Assembly (NCBI RefSeq): GCF_964355755.1
Contig: NC_092672.1
Span: 3,782,001-3,846,000 of the forward strand
Source of the DNA: Antedon mediterranea
Taxonomy: Eukaryota; Animalia; Echinodermata
Direction: 5' to 3'
DNA length: 64,000 nt
Made by a program: the position numbers and the translations under genes. Positions 13,557-26,310 of this stretch are shown one piece after another (positions within the stretch are counted from its first letter, which is position 1; each line of letters begins with the position of its first letter). The notes under the pieces were generated by a model. The model was not told the DNA's origin. It did not search any database and saw only the letters and a list, made by a program, of their open reading frames with translations.

Positions 13557-13886
13557 CTGGAAAACAAAAATCTTGAATTTTTAATAATACTCTTACATAA
13601 AGAAAACATAACAATGTTGCTGATGAATGAACATACATCCAAAAGCTATATATCCCATATGCCATACAAACTGGAAAATAAAAAATCTTAAATTTTTAAT
13701 AATATTCTTATATATTATTAGATAACATACTGTAACAATTAACCCATTTAGTTTTCAATTGTTTCTGATGAATGACCATACTTACAATATTCCTCACTAC
13801 TTCTTTCTAAGTACTTTTCTTATCGAAATGTAAAGTACTGTCCCATCAAAAACTTTGCCATGCAAATGAAACTGGAAACTTTGTAA

Positions 13887-14034
13887 AGCTCTGTCTACAC
13901 TATCAAACTTTATGTGATAAAAAAAATGTGATAAGCCCATATATGGACAGTACCTTATGTCATATCACTACTATATTTGGGCATATCACTACCATATTTG
14001 GACACATTTGTTTTTGTCAAACTAGTTTGATAGT
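13887..14034. mobile_element. MITE family A
   Basis: agctctgtctacactatcaaac ... gtttgatagtg with internal catatcactaccatatttggg repeats. Confidence 0.8.
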
Positions 14035-16027
14035 GCTTTAGTCAACGTTTTTTAACAACTTCTATTGTTACCAAAGTAATACAAATTACTACATAAACTG
14101 TTTTATTTTTTTTTTAAACTATAACTGAACTGCATCATTTCCTTTGTTGGAAAAATTATTCTTTTGCTAAAATTTCCATTTTTTATTTCCTTTTACAGCA
14201 AGCCCTCTAGCACAATGTGACCTTTTGCAGGTAGAGAGTTTTTAGTTGCATATTTTAAGGGTTTGTCATAATATTGGAAATTTTTTTTTAAAGATCATGT
14301 AAGCCTGCTAATGTCATATTTTATAACATTAATTTGTTTTAGTCAACGAAATATAATGTATCTTACAAGAAGTGAAATATACACCTGTCAAGAAAATTAT
14401 TTTAACATTTATAATTGTGTTATCGCCGAGACAGCTGACAGTTGTAATGAATTACATCATTATTTTTGTATATATTATATATTTCATTTCTTGAAGGAGC
14501 CATTATAAATCTTTATTAGAAACTAATTTGTTTTTTTTATTTGTTTTATGTTTATTTATATTTTTAAATTTCCATTTTGTACCTTAGTCACTTTTGGGAT
14601 TTTTTTCTTTATCATTGGTTACTAATTGGAATAGTGTAAACTTCCTTTTGTAGATTTTTATTGAATATTTTAATTTTCTTTATTACATCTATTAACTAAT
14701 ATAGAACATATTTCTATAACTTTTTATCTATTCCATTTTATTCAATGATTTTTCAACATTAATCTCCTAATATAAAAAATGAGGACTTGAATACTGTATG
14801 CACATAGACATTTATTCAAAGAGAATACAAATATTAACATTTCTGTAGTACCTTTATAAAGACCAAAGCACTTTACAAGAACACATCATCCGAAGAACAT
14901 TACTTTTTAAGTGTTTGTTAATATTTGCCACTGATAGTGAATTGTTGATTGTTTTTGTGAGACTATTCCATAGTCCAACCAAGCTTTGAAAATGAATGTC
15001 AACAGAAATGAAATTATGCACAACACAAATAACATTTTATATATATTTTTTTGTTTGCATGAAGTGGCATCTGTTGTGTAAAGAGATACTGCTATAAATT
15101 AATACCATTATATAAATCAATATTTGTATTAACTTTATGGATTAACCTTCTTTAAATCATGTATTTATTCATACTGTGCATTCATGTTTGACACTCATTT
15201 TCATTGATTGATATTTTTTATTGATTTTCAATCATTTCATTATTAGTATTTTTATTTATATATGATGATATTTTACATAAAGTCTTTTGGAGTGAGAAAA
15301 TGATTTTAATGTAGTTTTAGGTAATGTTGATTAATAGAACAGAATTCATGACAGTTGTAATAGTCTGAACAGTTAACGTACTTCCACAATCCAACCTACA
15401 TCAGCGTTGGTGCAGATTGGTATTTTATTTTTTGATGTTTTGGTATAGAACATGAAAACATTCATTAAAATATTTAACTGAGAAAATTGTTTTCTTTGTA
15501 TACAATTGCTCATTACACTACAGATTCATAACATCTGTGTAGGAAAAAAAATGGTAATCATACATAATAAAAGAAATTTAGTTAGGCGATTTATAACTGC
15601 GAAATAGTATTCTTAATATAATTATAAATTGTGAGCTTGGTGAGCTTTCTGTTGTCTCCATTTTTACTCCTTAACAATAGTACAGTGAGAAATGTTGATT
15701 ACTAAATCTTGTAGAAATGTTATTTCAATGGTTTATTGTCCAAATTCTGTCATTGTCTAATGTGCAGAATATATTGCTGAAATCAGAATCCCTGTGTGCG
15801 TATATTGTTGATTTGTTTCCATTAACCTTGCTACTCTTCTGAATCTCCAGGTATTTGTTGAGAATTTTCCAGGAATTCCTCATAACTTTAGATTACTGCG
15901 GCTTGCAATGCTTTTGTGTTTATTCATTTGTTTCCATCTTTAATACTTTATGAAACTTTTTCTTTCTGTTCAAGTGTTCTATTACTTGCTTTAACCTACC
16001 TACAGTATTATTACTTTACCAAATATT

Positions 16028-17018
16028 TTAAAACTCCAGAATTTCAACCGTTAGGATTACCTTATTTCTTAAAACTCCAGAATTTCATAAGTTTAGTATT
16101 ACTTTATCTCCTAAAACTCCAGAGTTTCATAAGTTTAGGATTACTTTATCTCTTAAAACTCCAGAGTTACTCTAGAGTTTCATAAGTTTAGGATTACTTT
16201 ATCTCTTAAAACTCCAGAGTTACTCCAGAGTTTCATAAGTTTAGGATTACTTTATATATTAAAACTCCAGAGTTTCATAAGTTTAGGATTACTTTATCTC
16301 TTAAAACTCCAGAGTTACTCCAGAGTTTCATAAGTTTAGGATTAATTTATCTCTTAAAACTCCAGAGTTTCATTAGTATTACTTTATCTCCTAAAACTCC
16401 AGAATTTCATAAGTTTATGATTACTTTATCTCTTAAAACTCCAGAGTTACTCCAGAGTTTCATAAGTTTAGGATTACTTTATCTATTAAAACTGCAGAGT
16501 TTCATAAGTTTAGGATTACTTTATCTCTTAAAACTCCAGAGTTACTCCAGAGTTTCATAAGTTTAGGATTACTTTATCTCTTAAAACTCCAGAGTTACTC
16601 CAGAGTTTCATAAGTTTAGGATTACTTTATCTCTTAAAACTCCAGAGTTTCATTAGTATTACTTTATCTCCTAAAACTCCAGAATTTCATAAGTTTATGA
16701 TTACTTTATCTCTTAATACTCCAGAGTTTCATAAGTTTAGGATTACTTTATCTATTAAAACTCCAGAGTTTCATAAGTTTAGGATTACTTTATCTCTTAA
16801 AACTCCAGAGTTACTCCAGAGTTTCATAAGTTTAGGATTACTTTATCTCTTAAAACTCCAGAGTTTCATTAGTATTACTTTATCTCCTAAAACTCCAGAG
16901 TTTCATTAGTATTACTTTATCTCCTAAAACTCCAGAATTTCATAAGTTTATGATTACTTTATCTCTTAAAACTCCAGAGTTACTCCAGAGTTTCATAAGT
17001 TTAGTATTACTTTATCTT
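16028..17018. repeat. Compound minisatellite of ~35-53-bp variant units (AAAACTCCAGAG[TTACTCCAGAG]TTTCATAAGTTTAGGATTACTTTATCTCTT)
   Basis: About 20 tandem units with an optional 11-bp internal duplication and recurring variant order. Confidence 0.95.
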
Positions 17019-17834
17019 AAGTTTTTTCCAAATCCACTTATTTAAAGGGACTAGTTTTGGAAGGTTTAGGATGTTTCCCTAAATCCGCATATTTAAATTT
17101 TTAAAAACCTCACAACAGAATGAAAAACTTTTTTTTTATGGATTTTTTCTCTCTCTCAAACTCATAAGGTTACTGCTTTCCAGTATTTAATTTTATTACT
17201 TCCTTTATTAGATGAAACAAAATATTATATTGAATTGTGATATTGCTGACAATGTTTCATTTATACTTTCCACTGGGAATGTGATACTGCCAATGGTGAC
17301 ATTCAAAATGTTTTTTGAAAAAATATCTAGATCACAAACTGTAATAGATAGATTAAAAGAAATCTCAAGGGATTTAAGATTGCAAAAGAAATTTGACAAA
17401 GAATGTAGTTTACCTAAATTAAAACTCTAAAGTACCTGTATTTATTGAAAAATCCCAAACGAATGATTTTCTTCGAAAGCGGTTTGTAGTTTATAAACAA
17501 AGATCACGTTTCAGATTACATTAAAACCGGTGTTGTCGGGTAGCATTCATAATGAAATGACGTTATTATTACCTTCAGAACTGGAGAATGTGTGAATGTT
17601 ATTCCTCCATGGAAAGATGTTCTTGGCAATTGAGACCAACATCAATTACTAAAGTCTTTGATCCGTTTTTGTGAGGTTTTTTTTGCTGGCAAGAACAGTT
17701 TTAAAATGTTTTTTTTTCTACTCAATAAATATATTTTTCAAGTAGAAAGAGACTCAATAAAGACTTATTGTTTGCATATAGTTATCTCCATTTCCCTATG
17801 TCCATAGCTAGGCTGCATTTCTGTATTAGTATTA

Positions 17835-18183
17835 CCGTATATTTCGGTGTATAAGTCGCACCTGTGTATAAGACGCACCCCATAACTGAGAGTAAAATAT
17901 CGGTATTTTTTATATCGTCGATGTATAAGACGCACCTTATATTTCATCAAAACAATTTTTTTTTAAATTTTTGTAATAATATATTTTGTTATATCTACAA
18001 CGGCGTCCTTTATTTAGGTTTTTTCTTTTCTAGCCTACTCAGGCCTAGCAAACGAGGTGACGATAGCCTAGGCCTGTGTACAATCTGTGTGGTGAGACAT
18101 TTATGTTCGGTGTATAAGACGCACCCTTAATTTAGAGGTCAAATTTGCGGGTCAAAGTGCGACTTATACACCGAAATATACGG
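17835..18183. mobile_element. Tc1/mariner superfamily (Tc2/pogo-like) MITE, TA TSD
   Basis: TA|ccgtatatttcggtgtataagtcgcac ... gtgcgacttatacaccgaaatatacgg|TA; subterminal TATAAGACGCACC repeats. Confidence 0.9.
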
Positions 18184-20023
18184 TAATTCAGGAAATTCAT
18201 CAGTACTTCCATAGTAATTTATGGACATTTCATAGTACTTGATAACCATGTTTGCTCTGGCCCACTTTAAAGACTTTTAGTTTTAAAAGTTGTGAACATT
18301 CACTATAAAGAGCAACATACATTCTGACCTTGTAGGAATTTCTTTCTACAAGATGATTGATGTCATTCAATGATATATGAACAAAACAAGCGATTCATTC
18401 CATTACCTTGCAAATAGCAACTACTATCTGAACGTTTGCGCAAATTATGCACACTACTTGCACCTATGATTTATAATGGTTTTTTTTTTCTCTGGTACGC
18501 TAAGATTAATCGGGTAAAATGTTGTTAATAACGGAATCACAAAGTTATTGTGAGCCTGTGTCATTCATTAGTTATTATAGTCTGTGGATTCTTTAATGGA
18601 AGAAGGATAAGAATGAAATCAAGATTGTAAACGGTTTGAATTTATTACCATTTACATCTTACGGAAATAGTTTTATCTTTTAAATTTATGGTGATTGATG
18701 AGAGTGTGTATATTCCATTTGTCCTTAAATTTGAAATGTATCTTGCCAGGTTTGCATTACCATTAATAGTCCTACTTGTTGTTCATAGCAATAAAAGAGC
18801 ATTTAGTACAACAAATTAAGCCTTTGGAAACAAAACAATGTCTACTGAAGATTTACAACTTTGTAAATGTCAATAGAATCGTGTTTACCTAGAAACTGAA
18901 TTTGGATTAGGCCCTCCAACGGCAGCCGCAGTGCACCCCTACCCATCAGATCAGCACATTAGGTGATAAAAAATGTATAATAAACCTTTATTTTTTTAAT
19001 TATTAAACAGAAAATCAATAAAATCAATAAAGCATCATTTAATGAAAATAGAACAATAATTAAATCTTTTTATGTCAAAAAGTCGAGCAGCGTTTTTTTA
19101 TAAGAAATATTGAATGGTGTACCAATGAGCACTGTATGTGAGAACCAATAGCTTAGAACAAATTGAGAAAGTCAAAATTTCTAAAGATTTTTTAAAATCA
19201 AACTGGATAAAGTGACATTGACTTGGTTTATATATAACACAACAAGTAGCAAATGGATTTAAACTTTCTTAAAAGTGTAATCTTAGGCTTATATCTTTAC
19301 GATTGTCTTAGTATTTCTCTATATTTATCCATGGATTCAGAAGATTAAATACGCCTCTAAGAATCTCAAAACATTGACTAACAGATTAGTTTATCAAGAC
19401 TGATTCCATTACTGATTATCCAATTGTATTACATAAGCCTACTGTATGTAATAATGGAATGTGATTGGTTGAAACTGCATCACATGATTACTGAGAATAT
19501 ATTTCCCTCACCTTCAGAAAATATATATTTGCTCGAGCAAAATATTACTCCCTCAGGAATGTCAAATCTTATATTTAACCTAATCAGGAAATATCTGTAT
19601 AATATTAATATACAGATTTTGCCCGCTTAGAGGTGTAATATATTTGATATCATCTAAGGGAATTAAATTTTTCTCAATACTATATAATTTTACGAAGCAT
19701 TTTATTGTCAGTAGAAACAGGTCTAGCTCTTTATTACTTACATCTGTGTGTTATAATAAAGTTTTACGTAAAAGTGTCAGTTTATATTTGTTGTAACATC
19801 TATTTAATGAAATTTGGTCAAGTGTTGATTTTCAAACGAGGTCCTGGATTCATATGTGTTGCATTTAATACGATAATACTAATAATGTTAATCAATTTTC
19901 CATTTGGTCAAGTTTTGATAGAAGCCTTTGATAATGGATTGTAGCGTACTAAATTTAGTAGTGTATCTTATCACAAAGTTTCAATTTCCATTATTATCAT
20001 GTTTTTTTGGTGATAAAAAGATA

Positions 20024-20162
20024 ATGTAGAAGCCCTATTCAGGGGACACCTTTGGGATTAAAAAAATTGTCGCGCGTCTTTTCTTATGAACAGGAATTGT
20101 CCGAGTATTTTCCTTGCCCGTTTCATGTGGAAGTGTCCCCTGAAAAGGAGGGGTTCAATGTA
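20024..20162. mobile_element. Degenerate Tigger/pogo-like MITE (GGGGACAC/GTGTCCCC family)
   Basis: gtagaagccctattcaggggacac ... gtgtcccctgaaaaggaggggttcaatgta; relatives at ~34720-34900 and 37855-38272. Confidence 0.55.
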
Positions 20163-21399
20163 TAGAAGTTACATGTAATCGGATGATTGAATCCTTGGAA
20201 AACTATTGTAACACACACACACACAGTTATCTTTGCCATTTGATTGGTTTAATTGTATCATGTGCTGTTTAGAATTAGGTCTATTGCACCATAAAAGTTA
20301 TATTTAATGGTTCTATTGCATGGTCAGCTTTTTGAAAACCTTTTTAGAATTTTGTGCAATGTTGGGCTGGTTATTCTGTTGCCAACATCCAAACGCTGCC
20401 TTTTTAAGCTGTCTAGCCTTTGGCATTGATTGATGGATGGAAGCAACAGATTGAATACAAGTTACAATATTTGTTCATAGGTTGAAAGCCCTGACTGTCC
20501 TTTTTAACTTTGCTCCGCCATAGTCAATATTTTCATTCTGTCATCTCATAAACATTCATTATTTGTATACTGAAATACAGTTCTCTTTAAAGATTCCATT
20601 GCAACTCGGAGGTTACTGATACTTGTTTAACCATCAGCTTAGATACTGATTTAATCATGCTTTATAAGCTGACTGCACTATCGTCTATTAACCCTTAGGT
20701 GAAAATGTCATTGATTGAGTATGTCTATACGTGTGGGCAATTCAGTGAACGCTTATTTTTCACCATTAAATTAATCGATGCTGTAGTTTAAAATTTTGAA
20801 ATATCAAGCAGGTTATCGAGAAACTACCATTACACAGGGAATAATTTCGACAGTGTAGCATAGCAAAAAGCTATACAAAACAACCTTATTGCTACACATT
20901 TCTAAAATTGTGTAGCAAAAAATACAATACAAAACTATGTTTCTCGACTAAAAAATCAGTTTGATTTTAAAATGAAATTTTTCCCTGTTACATCTACCAT
21001 GAAAACATGCTCCGGGACAACATTCTCTGAAACGCAACTTGCTCTAGGACACCTAGCATCATGTCACTTATTATTTGCGTATGATATAGTTTTGTATTGA
21101 TTAAGTTTAAATCATCATCAAGTTTTATCCATGTTAACATATTCCACTAGCTGCGGGTTTGTTTTGTACAACTAATATAATTTGGCATTTGCTTGATAAT
21201 GATATTGTCTTGCCAAAAAGTTGCTAGATGTAAAGTCATCAAAATCTTTAATGGATTACTGTAGACTTAACCTATTAGTACAATACCTTACCTTTTGGTG
21301 TTTATTACAAATATGGTGGCATACACACCCACAAATGAAGTAACAAAAATTGTTATTTTCGAATTAAAAGCGAGCAATTTTATGCTTAACCTTTTTCCA

Positions 21400-21665
21400 T
21401 TCAGCTATGTTAGAAGGGAAATTAAAATGTTTTTTAGACAAATTTCTTTGCTATTGCCGTCACAATGGATTCGATAATGCGCTTAATATACAAGTTCAGA
21501 GAAAGACCAAAAGCCCAACAGGAAGAAGACCAATACAACATGAAAAAGGAAACAGAACTTTTCACATGCGGACCTATCACATGTTTGCTCAAAAACGTAC
21601 AGAGTGGCGAACACAAGTGAGATGCTCAATGTCTAACGACGATTAGCATTTAAGATGATGATGAC
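21400..21665 (+). mobile_element. Degraded RTE-clade LINE 3' end
   Basis: Translation '..IQVQRKTKSPTGRRP..AQKRTEWRTQV' resembles the RTE ORF C-terminus (G..RGRP..A..R..WR); (GAT)n tail. Confidence 0.6.
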
Positions 21666-21770
21666 ATTGCTATCACATGCTTTCTTCTTCCCATAAGGGT
21701 CTTTTCCTGTCAAGCTGACACCAGATTGTGCTCATTCATCAGTCCCCGAAGGTCATGAATTTGTTAATTA

Positions 21771-22150
21771 TTTTTTTTTTTTTTTTTTTTATTTATTCGG
21801 TATATAAAAATATATTACAAAACGACAGTCAAGGACTGAAGTGAAAAATTAGATGGCGCCCATCCATTGGATATGTAAACACTAGTTGAAATTATTTTGC
21901 TTAAATCACATAAAATGAATAACATAATGTTTTTATTATAATAATGCAGCAATATCTCATGAAATGTTATAAAATCGCGTTTCGCATTTGTAAATTTGAT
22001 TGAATCTAAAATTGTATGACAGTTTACATAGTATAGACAGCAAGTAGGTACTTGAACGGCACATTTTCAAGTTTACAACCCTCGTTTTATTTTTCATCGT
22101 CACAATTGAATTTACAAGAAAAGTAAGGAAACGTGACAAATTGTTTTAAT
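21771..22150 (-). mobile_element. Poly(A)-tailed retroposed fragment, probably a LINE 3' end
   Basis: T20 run next to tttatt (AATAAA on the minus strand), with a short minus-strand ORF (21957-22139) upstream. Confidence 0.4.
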
Positions 22151-22378
22151 GCTTACAAATTAAATTTGAAAGTTGAACATAAGCAGGACAACCAGAGGCT
22201 TTTTAAATGTCTTAAATAAGCATTTCAAAGTTTGTTTATTTTGTTCATATAAATTCAAATTCAGAATTTCTAAAAATTCACCTTAACATCAAGGTAAGGT
22301 TAAGCAACAACATTTACAAAAATGAAAATAGAATGTTAAAGAGTCGCTATCCAATCTAGTTTGAACAATACCATGAAA

Positions 22379-22450
22379 GCCCCAGTGGTCTAATGGTTAG
22401 GACATCTGCATATCAAGCAGGCGGTCCGAGTTCGAGTCTCGGTTGGGGCG
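22379..22450 (+). tRNA. tRNA-like gene with anticodon ATC (Asp); tRNA pseudogene or SINE head
   Basis: 72-nt cloverleaf: acceptor GCCCCAG/TTGGGGC, D stem GTCT/GGAC, anticodon stem TCTGC/GCAGG with loop ATATCAA, T arm CCGAG-TTCGAGT-CTCGG, discriminator G. TTTTT terminator follows after 2 nt. Confidence 0.55.
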
Positions 22451-23062
22451 ACTTTTTCTCATTCTCACAGATTTCCTCATCTTTATCGTTTCAAATTAAT
22501 TAATTAAATTTCAGTATATCACCGGGCGGTTTAGAAATGTTCTTTGCCTGATATGTTTATATTTATATTTTATGCATACAATATATAAATAAAATATGGT
22601 TCGTACACTACCAGTGTCTAACTAATACACTTATTTATTACTTATATTCTCACTATATTCATTTTTTCATTTATAATTTTTAATTCTTGTAAAACCTCCT
22701 TTAAAAAATGATGTTACCTTCAATTGCATTATCTTTCTATATTTTTAATATAATAAAATCAATAGTAAAATAGTAAAACATTTATTACTGTGTATCTTAG
22801 TTCTATATTTGGAATTTCTTATTAAATTTGAAAGTTGAACATAAGCATTTCAAAAGTTTGTTGCCAAGTAAAAAAATATTGTATTCTATTCTAAATTCTA
22901 AATTAGATTTTTTTCAATTTCTACAAAAAATGTTCATAGAAGCTGGTGAATAAAATTTCTGGGAATATTTTTATTATTTTCGGTTGCTCACAAATTGTGG
23001 AGGTAAACCAGCTTAGTACTCAACTAGGTTTAATGAAAAATTATTTTTTAAGATCTACAAAA

Positions 23063-23317
23063 TTTAATAATACCACATTTATATAGCGCCTTTACACATT
23101 TGTTGGATCAAACACGCATGACATACTCCCATAATGCAGCTAGTAATCAGCGCAAAGTTGTGTCTTGATCTAACCGGGTTCCTATTTTATACACCTGGGT
23201 GGAGAGAGGCAAATGTAAGTAAAGTGTCTAAAGATACAAGCAATCAACGAGTGTTGGATTTGAACCACGATCTCACGATCAGTAATCCAACGTTCAACAC
23301 ACTACGCCACGAGCCCT
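23063..23317 (-). mobile_element. tRNA-derived SINE with L2-like tail
   Basis: Minus strand: GGGCTCGTGGCGTAGTG (A box), GGTTCAAATCC (B box), central CTCTCCACCCAGGTGTATAAA, tail AAAGGCGCTATATAAATG..TATTATT. Confidence 0.8.
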
Positions 23318-23527
23318 TATGAATTTATATCTTGAAGGGTCTTTGTATTCAAGTAATCAAGTCAATGAGGATAATTAAATGAGCCGAGTCTCAATTATAT
23401 TTATTGAATTATTAATATTAGTAGTCTTTGAACTTTACAATTAAGAAGAAATATTAATTTGTAGCACTCTTCTGAGACGTCTTAATTTTCAAGTGTCACC
23501 ATGGATTTGATGAAATTATTGAATTTA

Positions 23528-23693
23528 AGCTCTGTCTACTCTATCAAACTATTTTGACAAAAAAAAGTGAAGTGTCTAAATATGGTAGTGATATGCTTAA
23601 ATATGGTAGTGATATGCCCAAATATGGTAGTGATATGCCCAAATATGGTAGTGATATGCCCAAATATGGTAGTGATATGCTTAAATATGGTAG
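23528..23693. mobile_element. MITE family A, left half with the 21-bp repeat expanded to ~6 units
   Basis: TIR followed by (AAATATGGTAGTGATATGCCC)n; source of the KYGSDMP repeats in the spurious ORF at 23554. Confidence 0.8.
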
Positions 23694-23754
23694 TTTTATT
23701 ACTGTGTATCTTATTTCTATATTTGTAATTTCTTATTCAAACTGTTTACTTTGC

Positions 23755-24125
23755 TTTTTTTTACGCTGCTGCTCTAGCCCGCTACGTCACACGAGATGAC
23801 TCATTTATTAGATGAAATCAAGCAGCAGTTATAGTACTACACTTTGACATTTTTGTTAAAATGGAAACTCGACTATAATTTATAGGTACCACCTGTTGAA
23901 TCCAAAGAAACAACTGGGAAAAGAGTCTAAAGACAAATCCCAAAGCATTTCTGGTATTTATGAGTCCCATGATATTACTATAATTGAATTATTATCAAAA
24001 CAGTCCATTGAAGTTTTTGTTTGTAATAGGATACTTGAAGTATCTAGGCGTGATGAAGTGACCCCCAGATTTGACCTTAGCAATAACAATAAGCGAGCAG
24101 CGTTTTTTGTAAGAAATATTCTTGT
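23755..24125 (+). mobile_element. HINE/DINE-1-like element, single-core copy
   Basis: TTTTTTTT-ACGCTGCTGCTC...GAGCAGCGT-TTTTTG-TAAGAAATATTCTTG; aligns along its length to 9203-10181. A 3'-end fragment also occurs at ~19084-19111. Confidence 0.7.
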
Positions 24126-24884
24126 CTATATTATTTATTTAGATATTGAATGGAAATTATTTAAAAAATGCCAATTTCCATATTAAAAAGAATCCTCAAG
24201 ATTCAAGTTTTTGTTCAATACAATCTTTAGATAGACACATTTTTAATGTTAACATTTTTTTTAAACAAATCGCATACTTGAAGCTAGCCATCATAAATTA
24301 AGCCTACAGTATATACCCATCGTAAGTGTAAATTGATGTCCTCTGTGCCGTACTTAATGCACGTATTTAGTACACATACCTGATTGATAACCAGCAGTAT
24401 ACTAACATAAAAACTCGTAAAATATAGGTATCTATATGTCAGGTTCATTTTGGTCCTATTTAACTTTTCTCAATTACTTAAAACATTTAAGGGAATATTG
24501 AATAGCCGTACGTGAATAAACAAAAATGTAATCGTTTAATGTGTTTTGGTGGCTGGTGATTATTCATTGATCAAATCAATTTTTTACAAAAATATTTGTT
24601 TTAAATCCCCTGGCCAAGCTTTGTACATATCGAGTACATTCGTAGCATCCATTAAACAGAATTTATGGATTGGTTTAATCATTGCAAATGGGTGTCTGAC
24701 ACGAACATCTGAAGCTTATTTGATAAGTCATCTTAATTTACAAAATTCAGGACTAGATTTAATGGCTTACCGCGTTTTGTAAAACCACTTCAGCCAATGC
24801 ATTCTGTTCTGCCTCAAGCCTTGTTTGTTTGGGTACTGACATTTAGGAACAAGATCACTGGCCATGAGAACTTTTGAGTTGTTT

Positions 24885-25192
24885 GTTACTACTGTACAGT
24901 AAAAACTTTATTTTTTTTTAATGTTATACAGTAACAAGCATTAAATATAAGTTTTGAATCGCTTGTTAGTGCAGTAAAAACTTTATTTCTTTGAAAGTTA
25001 TCCAGTAACAAGCAATAGCAAATATAAGTTTTGAACTGCTTGTGCGCGTACTGTAGTAAAAACTTTATTTCATTGAAAGTTACTCCAGTAACAAGCAATA
25101 TCAAATATAAGTTTTGAACTGCTTGTTACTGCAGTAAAAACTTTATTTCATTGAAAGTTACTCCAGTAACAAGCAATAGCAAATATAAGTTG
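24885..25192. repeat. ~77-bp tandem repeat, 4 copies
   Basis: cagtaaaaactttattt..gaaagttactccagtaacaagcaatagcaaatataagttttgaactgcttgtta repeated. Confidence 0.85.
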
Positions 25193-26310
25193 CTACAGTG
25201 TACACATTAAAGTAAAAAATAAAACAATTTCTGCATTACAAAATTGACTATACTCTAGTAACAACTGGAAAAGTACTCACTACTTACAATTACAAATCAA
25301 AGTTTACTTCAGTACTAGTTAAAGTTACTGCAGTAGATGTTAAAGTTACTGCAGTAGAATAAGAACATAGTGTACAAATTGTTGTTGTTGTGATTTGTGA
25401 ATTACACTTAGGATGTCGCCAAAATTTTAAGACGAAAGCCTGTTGTCTAATGCATACCCTATATCTTACGAGAAGGAAAGAATTACCTTCTAATTTTTTA
25501 ATGGCACATTTTGCCGATAGGCCTCCATTTCGATCAGGCTCATAATCTACACTTCAATATTGACAATATCCTAGTTAAAATATGTAATGAAAATTCAATC
25601 TAAATTGTAGTCTGCTTGACAAGTTCTCCTTATAGTCTCAACAACAGTTTGGCTCTTCGGTTTTCAAATGGCATTAAAGCACTTCATTATTTATAATTTG
25701 GAGAATAAAGTATGATTTATTTCAATTTATTTAATAATGCTGGTCAGAAGATGATTCGTAATCAGTTAAAGAGCGTACTATAAGCGCATACAGAAATATG
25801 TGAAATGAATATGTGTATAATTCACATATTCATTTTATTTTAATGGATTTAATTTATTGTCAATTTAACAATGGTAAAATATAAACTTTTAAATGATTGC
25901 CCTAGAGATTATGGGAACTTAACGTATTTCATGAGACGCCGCTGCGCCATTTTGTCTAGTTTATTCAAGACTAACTGTTATTTTTATTAGATTAAGATCC
26001 TTCAAATATATTTATTTAAGGATTTGCTAAAGAAATTCTAAAACTAATTGCTTTTGCATTATCCTTCATTTCTATTGGTTATTTTATTTTAAGTAAGAAT
26101 TCGTTCTCTTATATAATTTGTTTCTTAATGTTTTATGTTTATGTATTCCATTCTGTGACAGGCTTCCCATTGAAATATTTTGAAATTGTTTTAAATAAAA
26201 CTTTTAAGATTTGTAATTATTAATTAACTGTGTCTGTGTTAGTGGATATAATGAGTACAGTACTAGGTGGTGGACAATCAAAAAGGTTTTAACTATTTAA
26301 ATGGGGGTAT

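Noticed and set aside
16028-17018. LRR-like ORFs (LLYLLKLQSFISL; ITLSLKTPEFHKF)
   Set aside because: Translations of a variable-unit minisatellite with frequent frame changes and stops.
23554-23799. KYGSDMP heptad-repeat protein
   Set aside because: It is the 21-bp internal repeat of MITE family A.
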